From assembly GCA_011109175.1 (NCBI GenBank), contig RDEW01000037.1, positions 105,770 through 158,291 on the forward strand: 52,522 bases of DNA, written 5' to 3'. Below the pieces are notes generated by a model, which saw only the letters and a list, made by a program, of their open reading frames with translations, made no database searches and was not told the origin of the DNA. The position numbers were made by a program, and so were the translations under genes. Shown here piece by piece: positions 22,539-36,934 of the stretch. The DNA is from Dicyema japonicum. Its lineage: Eukaryota; Animalia; Dicyemida. The first letter of the stretch is position 1; each line of letters starts with the position of its first letter.

Positions 22539-25190
22539 TTAATTAAGCATCTTGATTCGAACATCCTCCCTTACCGCCCTGACAAGTTTGTTTTTTTCCT
22601 TTGCTAGGCCTTCATACAATTTCTTCCCGAGGGCTAGTTTTATTGCCGCTCGCCGGTTTTTCTTCAGTCGGGCGAGAATCCTTTCTCTCGAGGGGGTGTA
22701 GAACCATCCCTCGCTTCCGTAAATAAGTCTGGGAAGAATCACATTCCGAAAGACAAAGAACATGGAATCAACGTCCAACTTTAATCTTCTAGTACAGAAC
22801 AGTACTTGCAAAGCTTTCTTCCTTCGCCCTTCGATGTCCCTCAGGTATGATCCTCTCCCATCGAATGAAATCCCCAGGTATTTCAATGATGAAACTCTCG
22901 GTATACGAAGTGTGTAGGACTCTTCCTGATGCCTAGCCGGCCTGCTTATCATCAAGTAACTGGATTTTTCCGTGGAGAGTTCCATGCCTCTCCGATTGCA
23001 CCAACCCTGGACTTTGTCGATAAAAGCTCCTAGTCGCCGCTCTGAGAGGTATGCTTTCAGAGACGAATCCAGGATTATAATGTCGTCCGCGTAAATCATC
23101 AGCTTGGTTTTGACGTTTTGGGGAGACAGGAAAATCTTTCATAAATATGTCGAATAGCAGGGGGCTTAGAATAGATCCCTGTGGCACTCCTTTGTTAAAC
23201 GATATTCCATCCATATAACTACCACCGATTACCACGTGAGATATCCTCCTAGTTAAATAGTCTTTCAGCCATATGAACATTTCTTTAGATATCTTAGAAC
23301 GTACGAGTTGACAAAATAAAGCCTTGTGCCATACACTGTCGAAAGCCTTTGATATGTCGAGACAAGTAAGGCTCAACTGGCTTTTCTTCTCAAATGTGTT
23401 TATAATTTCGTAGTTTAGTGAGTAAATACAATTTCCACATGATCTTCCCGGACGGAAACTATATTGATAAGATCGTAGAAAGTTACTCTCTTCTATATAC
23501 CGATTCAATCTCTTGAATACAATACGTTCCATAATCTTTGATGTAGAACATATAAGGCTTATTGGCCTATAACTAAGAGGATCCTTCCTCGACTTTCCAG
23601 GTTTGAGGATCATCTTCACAATTGATCGCTTCCATAACGAGCCTAAAACTCGAGTTATACATTCTCCTTAGAACAAATAGTAATTCTTTAGACTTTTCTT
23701 TGAACATAATCATGGAGATGCTATCAAATCCGGGAGCCTTGTTTTTGCACTCGCGAATAGCTGTTCTGACTTCCGCTAGAGTGATTTCTTCCACCAGGCT
23801 TCCCAGATCGCCCATAGAGTAGTCCATGAAATTAGACATCTCTCCTAAATATTTTTCATGAATAATACTAGCAGGGTCAACACCCTGTATATTTTCGAGT
23901 TGTTCTCTGAATACTGAAGGAACTTTTTCCAATGGAATTGTCCTTCCCTCTTGATCGGCCAGCACAATGTTTTTTGCTTTTAAGTTTCATTTGTTAGCCT
24001 CCTGTACATTTTCCAGAAACAAGGGTTCTTCCAGTTAACTTTCAAGGCTGCATTCTTCAATTTATTTTCGGCGTTTACTTTCCAAGCTTTTTGTAGTATT
24101 TTTTGAATCACATCAATTCTACATTTTAGAGTTTTCCTGTCCCACAGATCAACACATAGTCTGTGCTTCGCCTTCAGCGTATTTCTCTCGCGAATAAGAT
24201 CCCGCATTGAAGGTGGGCAAGACTGTTTGTTCTTCAGAAAGCTCTTCGAGTTGACCTTCCTTCCATATAGTCGTAGATACATCAGCATAGTGTTGGATAG
24301 TTCCCAGTTGAAAACGTCCAACTCATTAGGTGTAGAAAAGGTTTAGTCTTCATTAATAATTAGTCTTCATTAATAAGGTCTCCAGTCTATCGACGAGGTA
24401 TCAAAGTATAAGAAAATGTCTTCAGCAATGTTTGGTTCCAGGTTTATAGTTATTTCCTGAGGGATATGATCACTCCCTATGTCCCAAAGTAACCTTGGTC
24501 TGTCTACATGATTCAGAGCTGTGGAGACACTAGGGCCAATCCAAGCATGTCACCGCCATAGTGTGAGAAATGGTTAGGTTCCTCAGACGTCAAGACTTCA
24601 ACTCCAATTTCGTTAACCAGATCTGCTAGGAGTCGCCCGTCCCCGTTGTTTTTGCAACATCCGTAGCTCGTATTCTTAGCATTCAGGTCTCATACCAAAA
24701 TCGAAATAGGGTTTGTTTCGAAAAATTGAACAATTTTCGCAGAAGATCGGGCCAAGTCCTTAGAGTATAGCCCTCCTACGCTTATCCATGTCCCTCCACA
24801 TTGAATATCGACGGACACAAATTCCGAATCGTCGGCCAATACAATACAGTCGTTCCGTGTTTGCAATTCTTTACAAAAAAAGATTGAGGTTCCGGTTCCA
24901 GCCACTGCTCCATCTTTCCATGGAATGTCCACCGAGTTATATCCTTCCATATTATACTTCCTTCCTTGTTTGATTTTCGTTTCGTTGACTACCAAGACAT
25001 CCACCTTGGCAATCCTCACAAGTAGCACTAGTTCATCATGCCTTTTCACAATAAAGCGGGCATTCACCAACACTACTTTCAAATTCCTTTTCATAGTTTT
25101 TGTTGGTGGCCTGCGCTCTCCACAGCCAGGTCCACCAGACTCCATAAATCCACTTTCAGCAGTGGCCGCGTAGTCCATTGTCAGAGATCG
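22539..25190 (-). mobile_element. I/Jockey-group LINE ORF2 (APE-RT), frameshifted
   Basis: LVNAR, VNETK, SDH, SYRPISL, CLDISKAFDSV, GVPQGSILSPLLF, YADD and KYLGISFD. Confidence 0.92.
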
Positions 25191-25489
25191 GGAGCTGTTG
25201 ATTAAATATATCTCTCATGTCGAGTTTTAAATAAGTTACAATTATTAATAATAAATGTTGAAATTTTTCTGACAAACAATTCTGGAAAAACCAAATCTTA
25301 AGAATATCAGACATCCAGCTATCAAAATTTTGCAGAAATTTATAGACTCGTGACCAATTCTATTTAAAGTCATTTTTATTAGTTTTTTTCTTTTACTATT
25401 ATTTCTATAATTTTTTCAATAACTTCTCTTCTTCCATAAATAATTTTATAATACAATGAATCAACCCAAATTTTCCATTTTTAATTGTA

Positions 25490-25620
25490 ATTAGTCCCAG
25501 CTTCTTTAAACAATTTTCGGCTTTATCATCCAATTGTCTCAACTACTATGGGGCGGAACGTGAACCGATCCCGCATCGCTTCGTATTTTTCTCTTTGCTT
25601 TTTAGGGCTAAGCGAAAGAG
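25490..25620 (-). mobile_element. CRE-clade 3' scrap
   Basis: EKKYEAMRDRFTFRPIVVETIG matches KKYSSLLNRFHVQPVVVETRG of the first CRE copy. Confidence 0.65.
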
Positions 25621-25910
25621 TTCTTAACTAACTAACGTGCGTCTAGTAAAGTCTACAAAAAAGAAAGAATTTAAAGATAATTTATACAATCGTTGGACTC
25701 TAAATGACAAGACTATGAAAATTCGTGTAACCATGTCTTTGAATTTATCCAAAAATCCTTAAAATTTTTGAAATTACTGAGTTGTAATTGCAAAAAATGC
25801 GGTCTTTGTAGATATTAAAACATAATTCAGAGAACCAGAAAAATGATTTTTTAATAAGATAGACTCTTTATATCAATTTACCAAATTCTCTTCAAGCATT
25901 GGAAACTTTG

Positions 25911-26123
25911 GCTTTTTTAAGCACTTTAACGAGAGCCATAATATTTATAGCCCCGTATTTTAAGACACACTTTATTTTAAACAAAGAACAGTTATCATAG
26001 CTAATTAATGAGGGAGAATCAAGGAATGCTCTTCTTTGTTTTCTTCTTCCTGGGAGTATGTCCTATATATATACGATACGGTTCCGCAGTGAAGTGTTCA
26101 CTGATGACGGCGTCACTCGTCAA
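25911..26123 (-). mobile_element. Divergent SINE copy (core and tail, no tRNA head seen)
   Basis: Shares the invariant core TTGACGAGTGACGCCGTCATCAGTG and the GCTATAAATA(C/T)TATGGCTCTCGT tail with 14207-14541. Confidence 0.85.
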
Positions 26124-26610
26124 GGCTATAAAAGATGGTTAATGTTTTTAGAATCTTTCAAAAGAATGTCTTTTTGCAGTAAAAGATTATTATTTTTATC
26201 GATATCGTCAAACAAGTTACATCACCATTTTGCTTACACGAAATATTTTTTTACAATTTGAGTTTGCGTGACTATCCTGAGAGGGAATAGCCACGCAGTC
26301 AGGGCAGGTTTATATAACCGTTACTCTATTTTCTTTCTTTAATAAAATTTATTATTTGAGTTTTTCATGAAAAGTAAGTTGAGTCCAATCTGTATTGAAA
26401 ATTAAATTAAAAATCGAATTTGTGAGGATTAACTGTATTATAAATTTTTAATAATTTAACGTCTACTATTATAAATCAATTTTGATAGATTTTTCACAAA
26501 AATTCCCAGAATTATTATAAAATCAGGTTAATCGAATAACCACAAAACCTCAGAATTAATCGTACAACAACGATTTATAATAAAATTGTTCGCTCATTTG
26601 TAACGATCAA

Positions 26611-27166
26611 ATGGGTAGTGTTAGTCTTTCATTTCAGTATTTCTGAGTATTGTCCTCATGGTAATCAGCTCCAGTAATTATGGACTTCGAATTGCCGAAT
26701 ATGCCTATGGTTCATGTCATTGAATATTCACAGGGAATATGATGTATAATAATTGTCCGAGGGAACCAAAACTGCCCATATATTTGATCATACAGTCGGC
26801 ACTCGGCTGTGTATTTTGGTTTTATGTTTTTCTCGACGGGGGACACAAATTTGCTGGAAAACTGACAAAAAATTCAAGAAAGACCAGAATCAGACGAGGA
26901 TTTGTGTTGACAATACTTATTCTTTCATTTATATGGCTTATTCTCGGTTAATCTGATGATTCTCATTTATAGGAAACATGTGGGTCTTTTCAATACGAAA
27001 GGACCACACAAATGTCAGTAGATATGTGGATAATGTCCCGATGGATCAAAACTACTGCGACAAGGGTTTATATGATTTTGCATTTTACTCGATTATCGCT
27101 GAATGGGTTTATTTCCTCCTCACCGTCTCTGTATTTGTGGTTACAGCCTTCAGTAAATTACTTTAA
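26611..27166 (+). CDS. TMEM272-like small multi-pass membrane protein, 4 exons
   Basis: Introns 26615-26637 (23 nt), 26710-26733 (24 nt) and 26947-26972 (26 nt) give an open ~160-aa product with CPREPKLPIYLI, WLILGNMWVF and YCDKGLYDFAF, motifs I recall from TMEM272-like proteins. Confidence 0.78.
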
Positions 27167-29460
27167 TTTAAAATAAAATTAATAATAACTATTTTCATAT
27201 TAAAATTTGAATTTTTATTTTGATAATATTGAAAGACTTGGTGCACAATTTAGACTTGTAATCACAGTGACCCGATGGCGCAGTGCACCTCCTCCGCTCC
27301 TGTCCATTAAGTTTAAATTTCCACCCCTCTACCCCATCATCAGTGATTCATCATTGTCTTCTGGGACTCACAAACAACCAAAAAAGAAAATAACAAGTCA
27401 GGAACATTTTCGATTTCTTGGATTAGTTACCATAACTGTTGTTTAATTTTTAAATAAAGTGAGTTCTGCCTAATCTAAGGTTTAAATAATGGAAACATTA
27501 TTACGGCAGAAGGGATATTTTTATTAATCATAATCAACATTCAAGAATTTTGCCCATCCATTTGACAATTCCTTGGGGTTTCTGGGTGGTCTTGTGTTTG
27601 ATCCTGGAAGCTTGTAACCATCAACTTTTTGCAGTTATTTATATAAAAAACCAAAACTTTTGGAAAGTCTATAACATAATCACTGGACGTAAATACAAGA
27701 GTTTCTATTGTTGCAAAACATGATGGGTTTTCTGTATCCTTAGAAGAAATTCCTAACCTATTTGTGGATGAACTTTCACAAATACAGGTTAACCCTGAGG
27801 AGCGCCTGTCTAGTCTGGCTACCTTATTGCATAGTTATTGCACAGTAGAAGATGAAGATAAATAAACGAAATATTAAGGAATATATTTTTTATTAGCAGC
27901 ATGTGGAAAATTTGTGAAAAACATAACAACAGTTTCAAAGAATGAAAAAAAGTCCTTGAGAAAGGGTGTATAAACCTGGGTCATTCAAAAATCCAGATCC
28001 GCAAAATCGCAAAAAATTTTAAACCTCGCTGATCAGACTTGTTCAAGGACAACCAAATGGGATAGTGTGTATTAAAATCTCGACATGATATTCTCAATAA
28101 ACAAAATGAAGCAATTTAAAGCCTTGTCAACATCATGGGAGGTGAAGGTGGAATACGGTTTTTGTTGCAGCCCACGCCGTTCAACATGTGGAGAGCGAGA
28201 AAAATCTTTATGGCTGATCGATACGTATTACTTCATAATCTCGTTTGCAAATTTGCGAGCGGGCTCCGAAGCATTACGGGTAACGACCTCAGTTCCGCAG
28301 TCTTCCTTATTGACAAGCTATTGATCCTTCTTTAGCGTTTTCCAAAATGTGGCACAAGAGTTTTGTGACATAGTCGTCAATTAGACGGCTCCCTTTGAGT
28401 CTGTCATTAGTTCGGACAAGCTCAGATGTCCAATTCTCCGTAGACCTGTTAGGCATTTCAGAAAGTTGATTTTTTTCTCACATTTGTTCAGCACGTTAGT
28501 GACGTGTCTCGAAAAGTTTATGTCCGTATCGAAAGTCAGACCCAATATTTTTTGCCATTTGCTGAACGGCAATGCTCTTCCCTCCGCAGTAACATCTATT
28601 GTCCTGTTCGACAATCTTTTGTCCGAGGTATATAGAATGTAACAGATTTTTCGGTATTGATTGACACCCGATTTTCATTAAACTACTCGAGTAGTCGATC
28701 TATGTGGTGTTGTATTCTTTCCGTCGCTGTTTTGGTGTTCTGATCCCGTGAGGCTAAGACAATATCGTCTGCATAAGCTAGAAGCAGGTCGTCTCTCATT
28801 CGGCGTCGGAATGTCAGCTGTAAATAGGTTGAATAGGAATGGTGATAGCGGCGAACTCTGGGGTACTCCATTTGGGAATAAACGGGAGACAGAATGAATG
28901 TTTCCAATGCACTCTCTACCTCTCCGTCCGCTAAGGAAGTTTGTCAGCCAGCGTTTGAGCTTTTCAGGGATATCTGATTGGTAGATTTCCCATGTTAGAT
29001 TCTTCCTCGGCACAGAGTCGAAAGCTTTGTGGACGTCTAGTGAACATAACACAGTTTTCTGGTCTCTTTGCTTGTACAGAAATCCAGAGCAAATAAAGTT
29101 AGTCAGGGATGTGAGGTAGCTTGTTGTGCACCGATCCTTTTTGAAACCATGCTGGAACGGTTTATCGGGAGACCTTTCAGTGATTTTTGCGAGGATAAAC
29201 TTTTCCATTATTTTTGACATGGAGCAAAGAGAGAAATAGGCCTGAAGGAAGCTGGGTCTTCTTTCGGTTTTCCTGGCTTCAATACTGGGCGAATGTTTGC
29301 AAGTTTCCATATCGTTGGGATTAAGTTATAATTAATCGACCAGTTGTACTTTATGGTCAGGGTACGATACCCTCATTGCCTAGGTTTTTCAGGAGGATTA
29401 TGGGAATTCCGTCTGAACCATGTGAATGTGTCACTTTTGTTTGGCTTATGAATGCCATTA

Positions 29461-31353
29461 CAGTCAAACCCCTCTAAACCGATTCCTCTCGGGACCGACA
29501 TAATTGTCCGGTATAGAGGGGAGGCCTGTATATTGAACAAGTCATTACTTATAACAAAAAAGTGAAACAGTAAAATTAATAGAAATCTGTCAATAAGGAT
29601 TGCCTCGAATTTTTCGATTCAGCAATCGCTTTATTGTTCAGATAGATCAGTCTGTTGACGGGATCGAGTAATGCAGAGTCTTGAGTGCAAGCAAAGTGGC
29701 AGATTTGGTCTAGCATTTGTTGAACATTTGTGCGTGTTAATTTCTCTATATGTTTTGGCTCTGTTTACATATCAGAATCTGAGTCACTGTCATATCTTAG
29801 AAGCTGAGACTGTTTGTATTGCTCAACTAGGATGATTCCCAATCTTTGGGATTTCCAAGTCTAAGTTGACAAATTTGTCTTCTGTCATTAGATTATCGAC
29901 TAATCTATTCATGAGGGTATGAACAGTAAATTGTTTTCAGGATTGTCGTTTATATATATATTTTGACTGGAATGCCACACTTATTAAAGCAGAGGGAGAT
30001 TGTGTTTGATTTCACGTCCATCCAAGCTGTGCTAATCCACCGGATAGAAAGAAATTTTTTTGCAAGTTGTGTCGCATTGGTTTATATGTCTATTTTGGCA
30101 AGAAGTTGAGTCATTAGTAGTCTTCTGTATCTTTCTTTAAATGACCGAATAATTCCTTGATCCAGAGGCTGTATGCCACTCGTTGTGTTAGCTGAAGAAA
30201 TTTGAGTTCCACGTTGGAATATTTTACGTTTAATGAATGTGATGCTGCATTATTCAAAAACATAATAATTTTTCGTTTCTGGCGCTTCATCTGCATGTTC
30301 ACATCTTGCAACCATTTTGAAAACAATTTCGATGTCATCCAGGCTGTAACGTTGGAGCAGTAAATAACAGGTAACTCATTCAGATTAATATTCTTTAAAC
30401 ATCGGGGTTTTCGAGACTTGCCAATTACAATTGGCTTTAGCTTTTCTCCTGTCGAACTGCATGCAAGCATTACAGTAAGACGTTCCTTCGACTTCTTTGA
30501 TCCACTGTGATGATTACCTCTTACTGATAGTGTTTTATCAGGAAGGGCACGATAGAATAGTCCGGTTTCGTCGCAGTTAAATATATCCTCTGGTCGACAT
30601 CCTTCAATTAGAAAAGGTACACGTTCTATCCAGTCAGAAACAACATCACTGTTAACATTTGCTTTTTCACCACTGAGTACGACTGGATTGAGTAACGAGA
30701 CTTCCATCTGCATAACCAGCCAGTGGAAGCTTTAAAATCATTTTCGCCCAGTGCTTTAGCAAACTCTGTAGATTTAGCGATAATAATTGGTCTGAAACAA
30801 AAGTTTTTGGAATGTGTTATCTGGAACACTCCCAAGTGATTTTATTCAAATTTTCAAATTTGCAGTTGTTGTCAAAACGTTTTTTAGCAGAATTTGCGTT
30901 GTTATTGAATAATTCCAAATAAATATTAGGCTTTTTAAGTATGTCTGATACAGTGCTGCATCCAACTATATACTTCTTGCTGAGAAATTTTTGTGTCGGC
31001 TTAGGTGTTTAGTTCGATTCATTTATTATTTGAATTTTCTTCTTTAAAGACAATTCGTAACGTAATCGTTTTCTTTGCTATCATCCGTTAGTTTTTGATT
31101 TTCTGTCGAGTTGTTCGCAATTCAAGGTTAAAGACGATTAATAGGATTAGATCAAAGATTGATGTCAGAAGGCCGGTTTATGATAAAATAAAATTCAAGT
31201 TGGGACCACAAAATACGGTCGGTATTCGGAATAGAGGAGATCCGGTATTTCGAAGATGAATGCATAATGCCTATGGGTAATCGGAACCATAAGTTTAGTC
31301 CGGTTAAAAGGGAATTCCGATATATCGAGAGTCGGTTTATAGGGGTTTGACTG
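29461..31353 (-). mobile_element. pogo/Tigger-type DNA transposon with both TIRs and TA TSD, transposase frameshifted
   Basis: TIR CAGTCAAACCCCT(C/A)TAAACCGA (21/22 match) at 29461-29482 and 31332-31353, TA on both sides. CENP-B HTH (KASTGWL) and DDE_1 motifs (FNCDETGLFY, SKERLTVML). Confidence 0.95.
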
Positions 31354-32318
31354 TACTCCTTCTCCGTGAAATAAGTTAATTGATCCCTTTTCGGTTTTCT
31401 TTAGCGGAGGTTTGGTTGGGTCAGTCCTCGTGGTTTTTGTGAGAGATTTTCGCATAGTATTTTATTATGGTTTAGGTTTTTTTGGCTGAATTTGTCATAT
31501 CCGGGTGTCCTCTCATTCACCTTCGAGATATTTCGAATAGTCTTCCAGACTTCGGATGTTGACCGGTTATGATTTAATGACGTAAGAACCATCTTCCATT
31601 TAGCTCTCTGTATTTTGAATTCATTGGATTTTATTTCCTCGTTCAGCACTTGTAGACGGATCCTTTTTTCGGAGGAACGGGTCCCTGCTTTTTAGAGACG
31701 GTTTCCTTTCTTGATCAGAGCCTTCCGTACTTTCTCGTGTAAACGACATATCTTTTAGGGACAGATATTGTTCTTGCTTCCAAGATGACTTTGTTGACGT
31801 AAGCAACCACTATATCAAGGGAGGTAAAGTTTTCCAGCTGTATATTAGTCAAATGTTGGGTAACTGATCGGAATAATTGCCAATTTGCAAGATTGTATAT
31901 GCAGGTTTCTTCTTACCACTGATAATTTCTCTTGATTTTTATCAGAATAGGGTTATGATCACTTCGGGTGACGTAGATGACGGATCAATTAATCGTTGTT
32001 GAAAGCTGTGGGAACAGAGTGTAATATCTGAAGAGGTTGGATTGTCAGAGTTCCTTTGAGGTGTTCTTGTGTTTTTGATGGGTCATTGATGATTGTCAGA
32101 TTGCCAGACTGCGTCAACAGCAAATTTCCTCTTGTATCTGCTGACTGATTTAACAGCCAGAGAGGTGTTTGGCATTCAAATCGCCGCATATCACAACTTC
32201 GTTCCAAATATCCAGTTCTAATAAGTCAGGCATAGTGTAATTTTTCGGACATGAGCCAGGAGGCGGAATATACATGCTTACATAATATAGTCTTCCTTTT
32301 GTTGTGGCAACAGATATT

Positions 32319-32647
32319 TAATTAATTTAATTTAATAACCCCGGATACACTGAGAAACAAGTTAAAGTAAACAACTAATTAAATGTATCCAGTTTCCACT
32401 TCTACAGAAAAAGTCCATCCGGAATCAGCATAAAGGGTAAGACGTCCATAGTTGCAGTTGTGGAAACCCCTCCAGTGGAGTGGGGGAGAGCAAATGATCC
32501 TTTTTTGTGCCGGCCTGGCACTGGGCGCCACCTAGACAGGTAGATCACATGACGCCACTCTAATAGGAAGAGAGGAGGAACAGACGAACAAAACAGAAAC
32601 TTCAATCAATTAGCCACGAAGTACCACATGGCGCCACACGGCAGAAA
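32319..32647 (-). mobile_element. ~330-bp non-autonomous retroelement, copy 1
   Basis: 24-bp TSD CCTTTTGTTGTGGCAACAGATATT (32295-32318 and 32648-32671). Homologous end to end with 48544-48870. LINE-type A-rich tail. Confidence 0.92.
32495..32556 (-). ncRNA. HDV-topology nested pseudoknot, copy 3
   Basis: P1 GGCGTC/GGCGCC, J1/2 ATG, P2 TGATCT/GGATCA, P3 ACC/GGT, P4 (G)TGCC/GGCA(C), A-rich linker. Confidence 0.65.
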
Positions 32648-33098
32648 CCTTTTGTTGTGGCAACAGATATTCCGATTGTCTCCGTGGTTTTATCACTTCC
32701 CAAAAGTTTTTTCGCTTCGAGTGTATGGTCCTCATACTTTAGGCCTTTTCTGATTAATGTAAGCAGTCCTACTCCGCGTTTCTTAGTGCTGTCGTATCCG
32801 GGAAAGAGGGCGTAGTATATTTTGCTGATAGCTTCATTCTTAGATGAGCACGATGTCAGCTTTAAGTTTAACAATCAGAGTTCTAAGTTCAATAATTTTG
32901 CCTTTTATTTCGTTCACATTTTGTTGTATAACGGAGATCCGGTCCTTTGACTTGTGTTGGTTACGAATCCAAGAAGCTGTAGCCAAACCAGTAATCCGTC
33001 GAATTCGGAAAAGTTCATATAATTTGGTATTCAATGAACGTATAGAATAAAAGGAGTTATTGGACTGCGTCCTGTTTCTCTTCAGCTGATAAAAGAAA

Positions 33099-33490
33099 TT
33101 TATTTATTTTATTTATTAACCCAGAAAAGAGAACACCAAAAAAGAAAAAGTAAACCAACTAATTAAGTGATCCCGGTACGCCTCAACAGAATCGAGAGGT
33201 TTTTCCTATGTTCTCCAGAGTACCCACGGCTTTCCTGTATAGACGACGATCATCTTTCACTAGAGTTTGAAGAGGGGAGGATTTTTTTCCCAAATTAAGT
33301 GTATTTGATGCTTCTAGCCTTGAATGGAAAAAACGACTTGTATCTTGACCACATAGACCGATGAAGCCGGAGCCGTTATTTTTGCTTGCGGCGTGGTCAA
33401 GCATTGGGGGGAAAAGATCGAGGGTGGATATGCTAGACGTGCAAGTTTGCCAATTAGGGAGTTGATCTTGTATGAATTGGATGTTGAAGC
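33099..33490 (-). mobile_element. 5'-truncated LINE 3' end with TSD
   Basis: GGGATCAC motif and A-rich tail, flanked by CTCTTCA(G/T)CTGATAAAAGAAA on both sides. Confidence 0.8.
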
Positions 33491-33630
33491 TCTTCATCTG
33501 ATAAAAGAAATGACATCAGCTGATAAAAGAAACGATTTTCCTTCGAATCTAAATTATTTGTTTTTTTTATTTTAAATCAAAAAATTCAATTTATTAAAAG
33601 TAATTTATTAAAATAAAATTTAAATATATA

Positions 33631-36067
<2,437 letters not shown>

Positions 36068-36934
36068 TTTTGTAATTTGATTATTGTTACATTCTTAATT
36101 ATTGGGTTTTGTTAATTACATTATTAATTCTCAAACGTTTATCAATATAGGGCTTCCAGATTATTGTCGTCACTTTCACATTCAATAACAGATTGTGCTG
36201 TGGCCAACGGTTGTGAAAACCTTTCTTTTTTGACCAATTTATTTAAAAGTCTCATCCTCATATACTTAAACATATTTCTCTTCCATGGTAAGTTTCGTTT
36301 TACTGTCACCACCTTGAATGAAATTGCTTTTTTTATTATAAAAAATGTTCAAGAAGTTATATGAAATATATTTACCCTTCATCAAAAGTTACTTATTGGA
36401 AAAGTGACGCTATTGGTTAAGAAACACTATAATATCAAAATTACTCTTTATCCTGAATCCGAAACTTTTGTATATCTGACATTGGTTCTTTATAGATAGC
36501 AAATGTAAAGAGAAACTAAGAAGAGAAGGTTAGTAAACTTTGTAAGAGTTTGTGAGATTCGTAGAATTTGCTAATTTTTATTGTCAGATTGGTATCGTTT
36601 AATAGACAAAGTGGGTCTCCGAGATCTATGAGGCTTTCGCTTACTTTTAACATTTTATTAACTGTGTTGGAAACCTAAGAAAGATTTATTTCCAGAAGGT
36701 GAATGTTTTGTACTTCAGGCACTAACCATTAACCACTTAAGAAAATCGGGAGGAAATTGGCCCACCGTAAGAAAGACGTGCGGGAAGCAGTCTGAGTGAG
36801 GCAACGAATTGTGATTGCAGTTGTCCGCAGAAACACTTATTCCGTAATTTTAGCAGCCGCTCTTCCCCGTTAATAAATAATATTTTATTGTTAAATAAAA
36901 CAGTATAAATTTAAATTAAATATTTTGTTATACA

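Larger units (their letters stand above)
28090..33050 (-). mobile_element. I/Ingi-group LINE (APE-RT), decayed, hosting a pogo element and a 330-bp short element
   Basis: APE (VIQQNVN, KADIVLI, DHNP) at 33034-31900 and RT (QHGFK, DVHKAFDSV, GVPQSS, YADD) at 29400-28400. The ORF is continuous once both insertions are removed. Confidence 0.85.

Noticed and set aside
22460-22540. tRNA-targeted LINE insertion (TRE5-like) about 80 bp upstream of tRNA-Met
   Set aside because: The sister copy at 50340-51600 extends further 3', so this end looks truncated rather than a real terminus. No TSD is visible and it is a single case.
32940-33060. Pseudoknot or 2A upstream of the 33034 APE
   Set aside because: I searched by eye and found neither the P1/P2/P3 pattern nor an NPGP-like motif, so this LINE is not counted in the 2A family.
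33183-33575. ORFs just upstream of MCM5 as extra exons or a separate gene
   Set aside because: They lie within a TSD-flanked LINE 3' fragment, and MCM5 has its own canonical MSGFD start at 33631.
36100-36900. Possible piggyBac or Penelope remnant downstream of MCM5
   Set aside because: Only a TTAACC-like end and scattered cysteines. No convincing transposase, RT or GIY-YIG motif and no matching second end.
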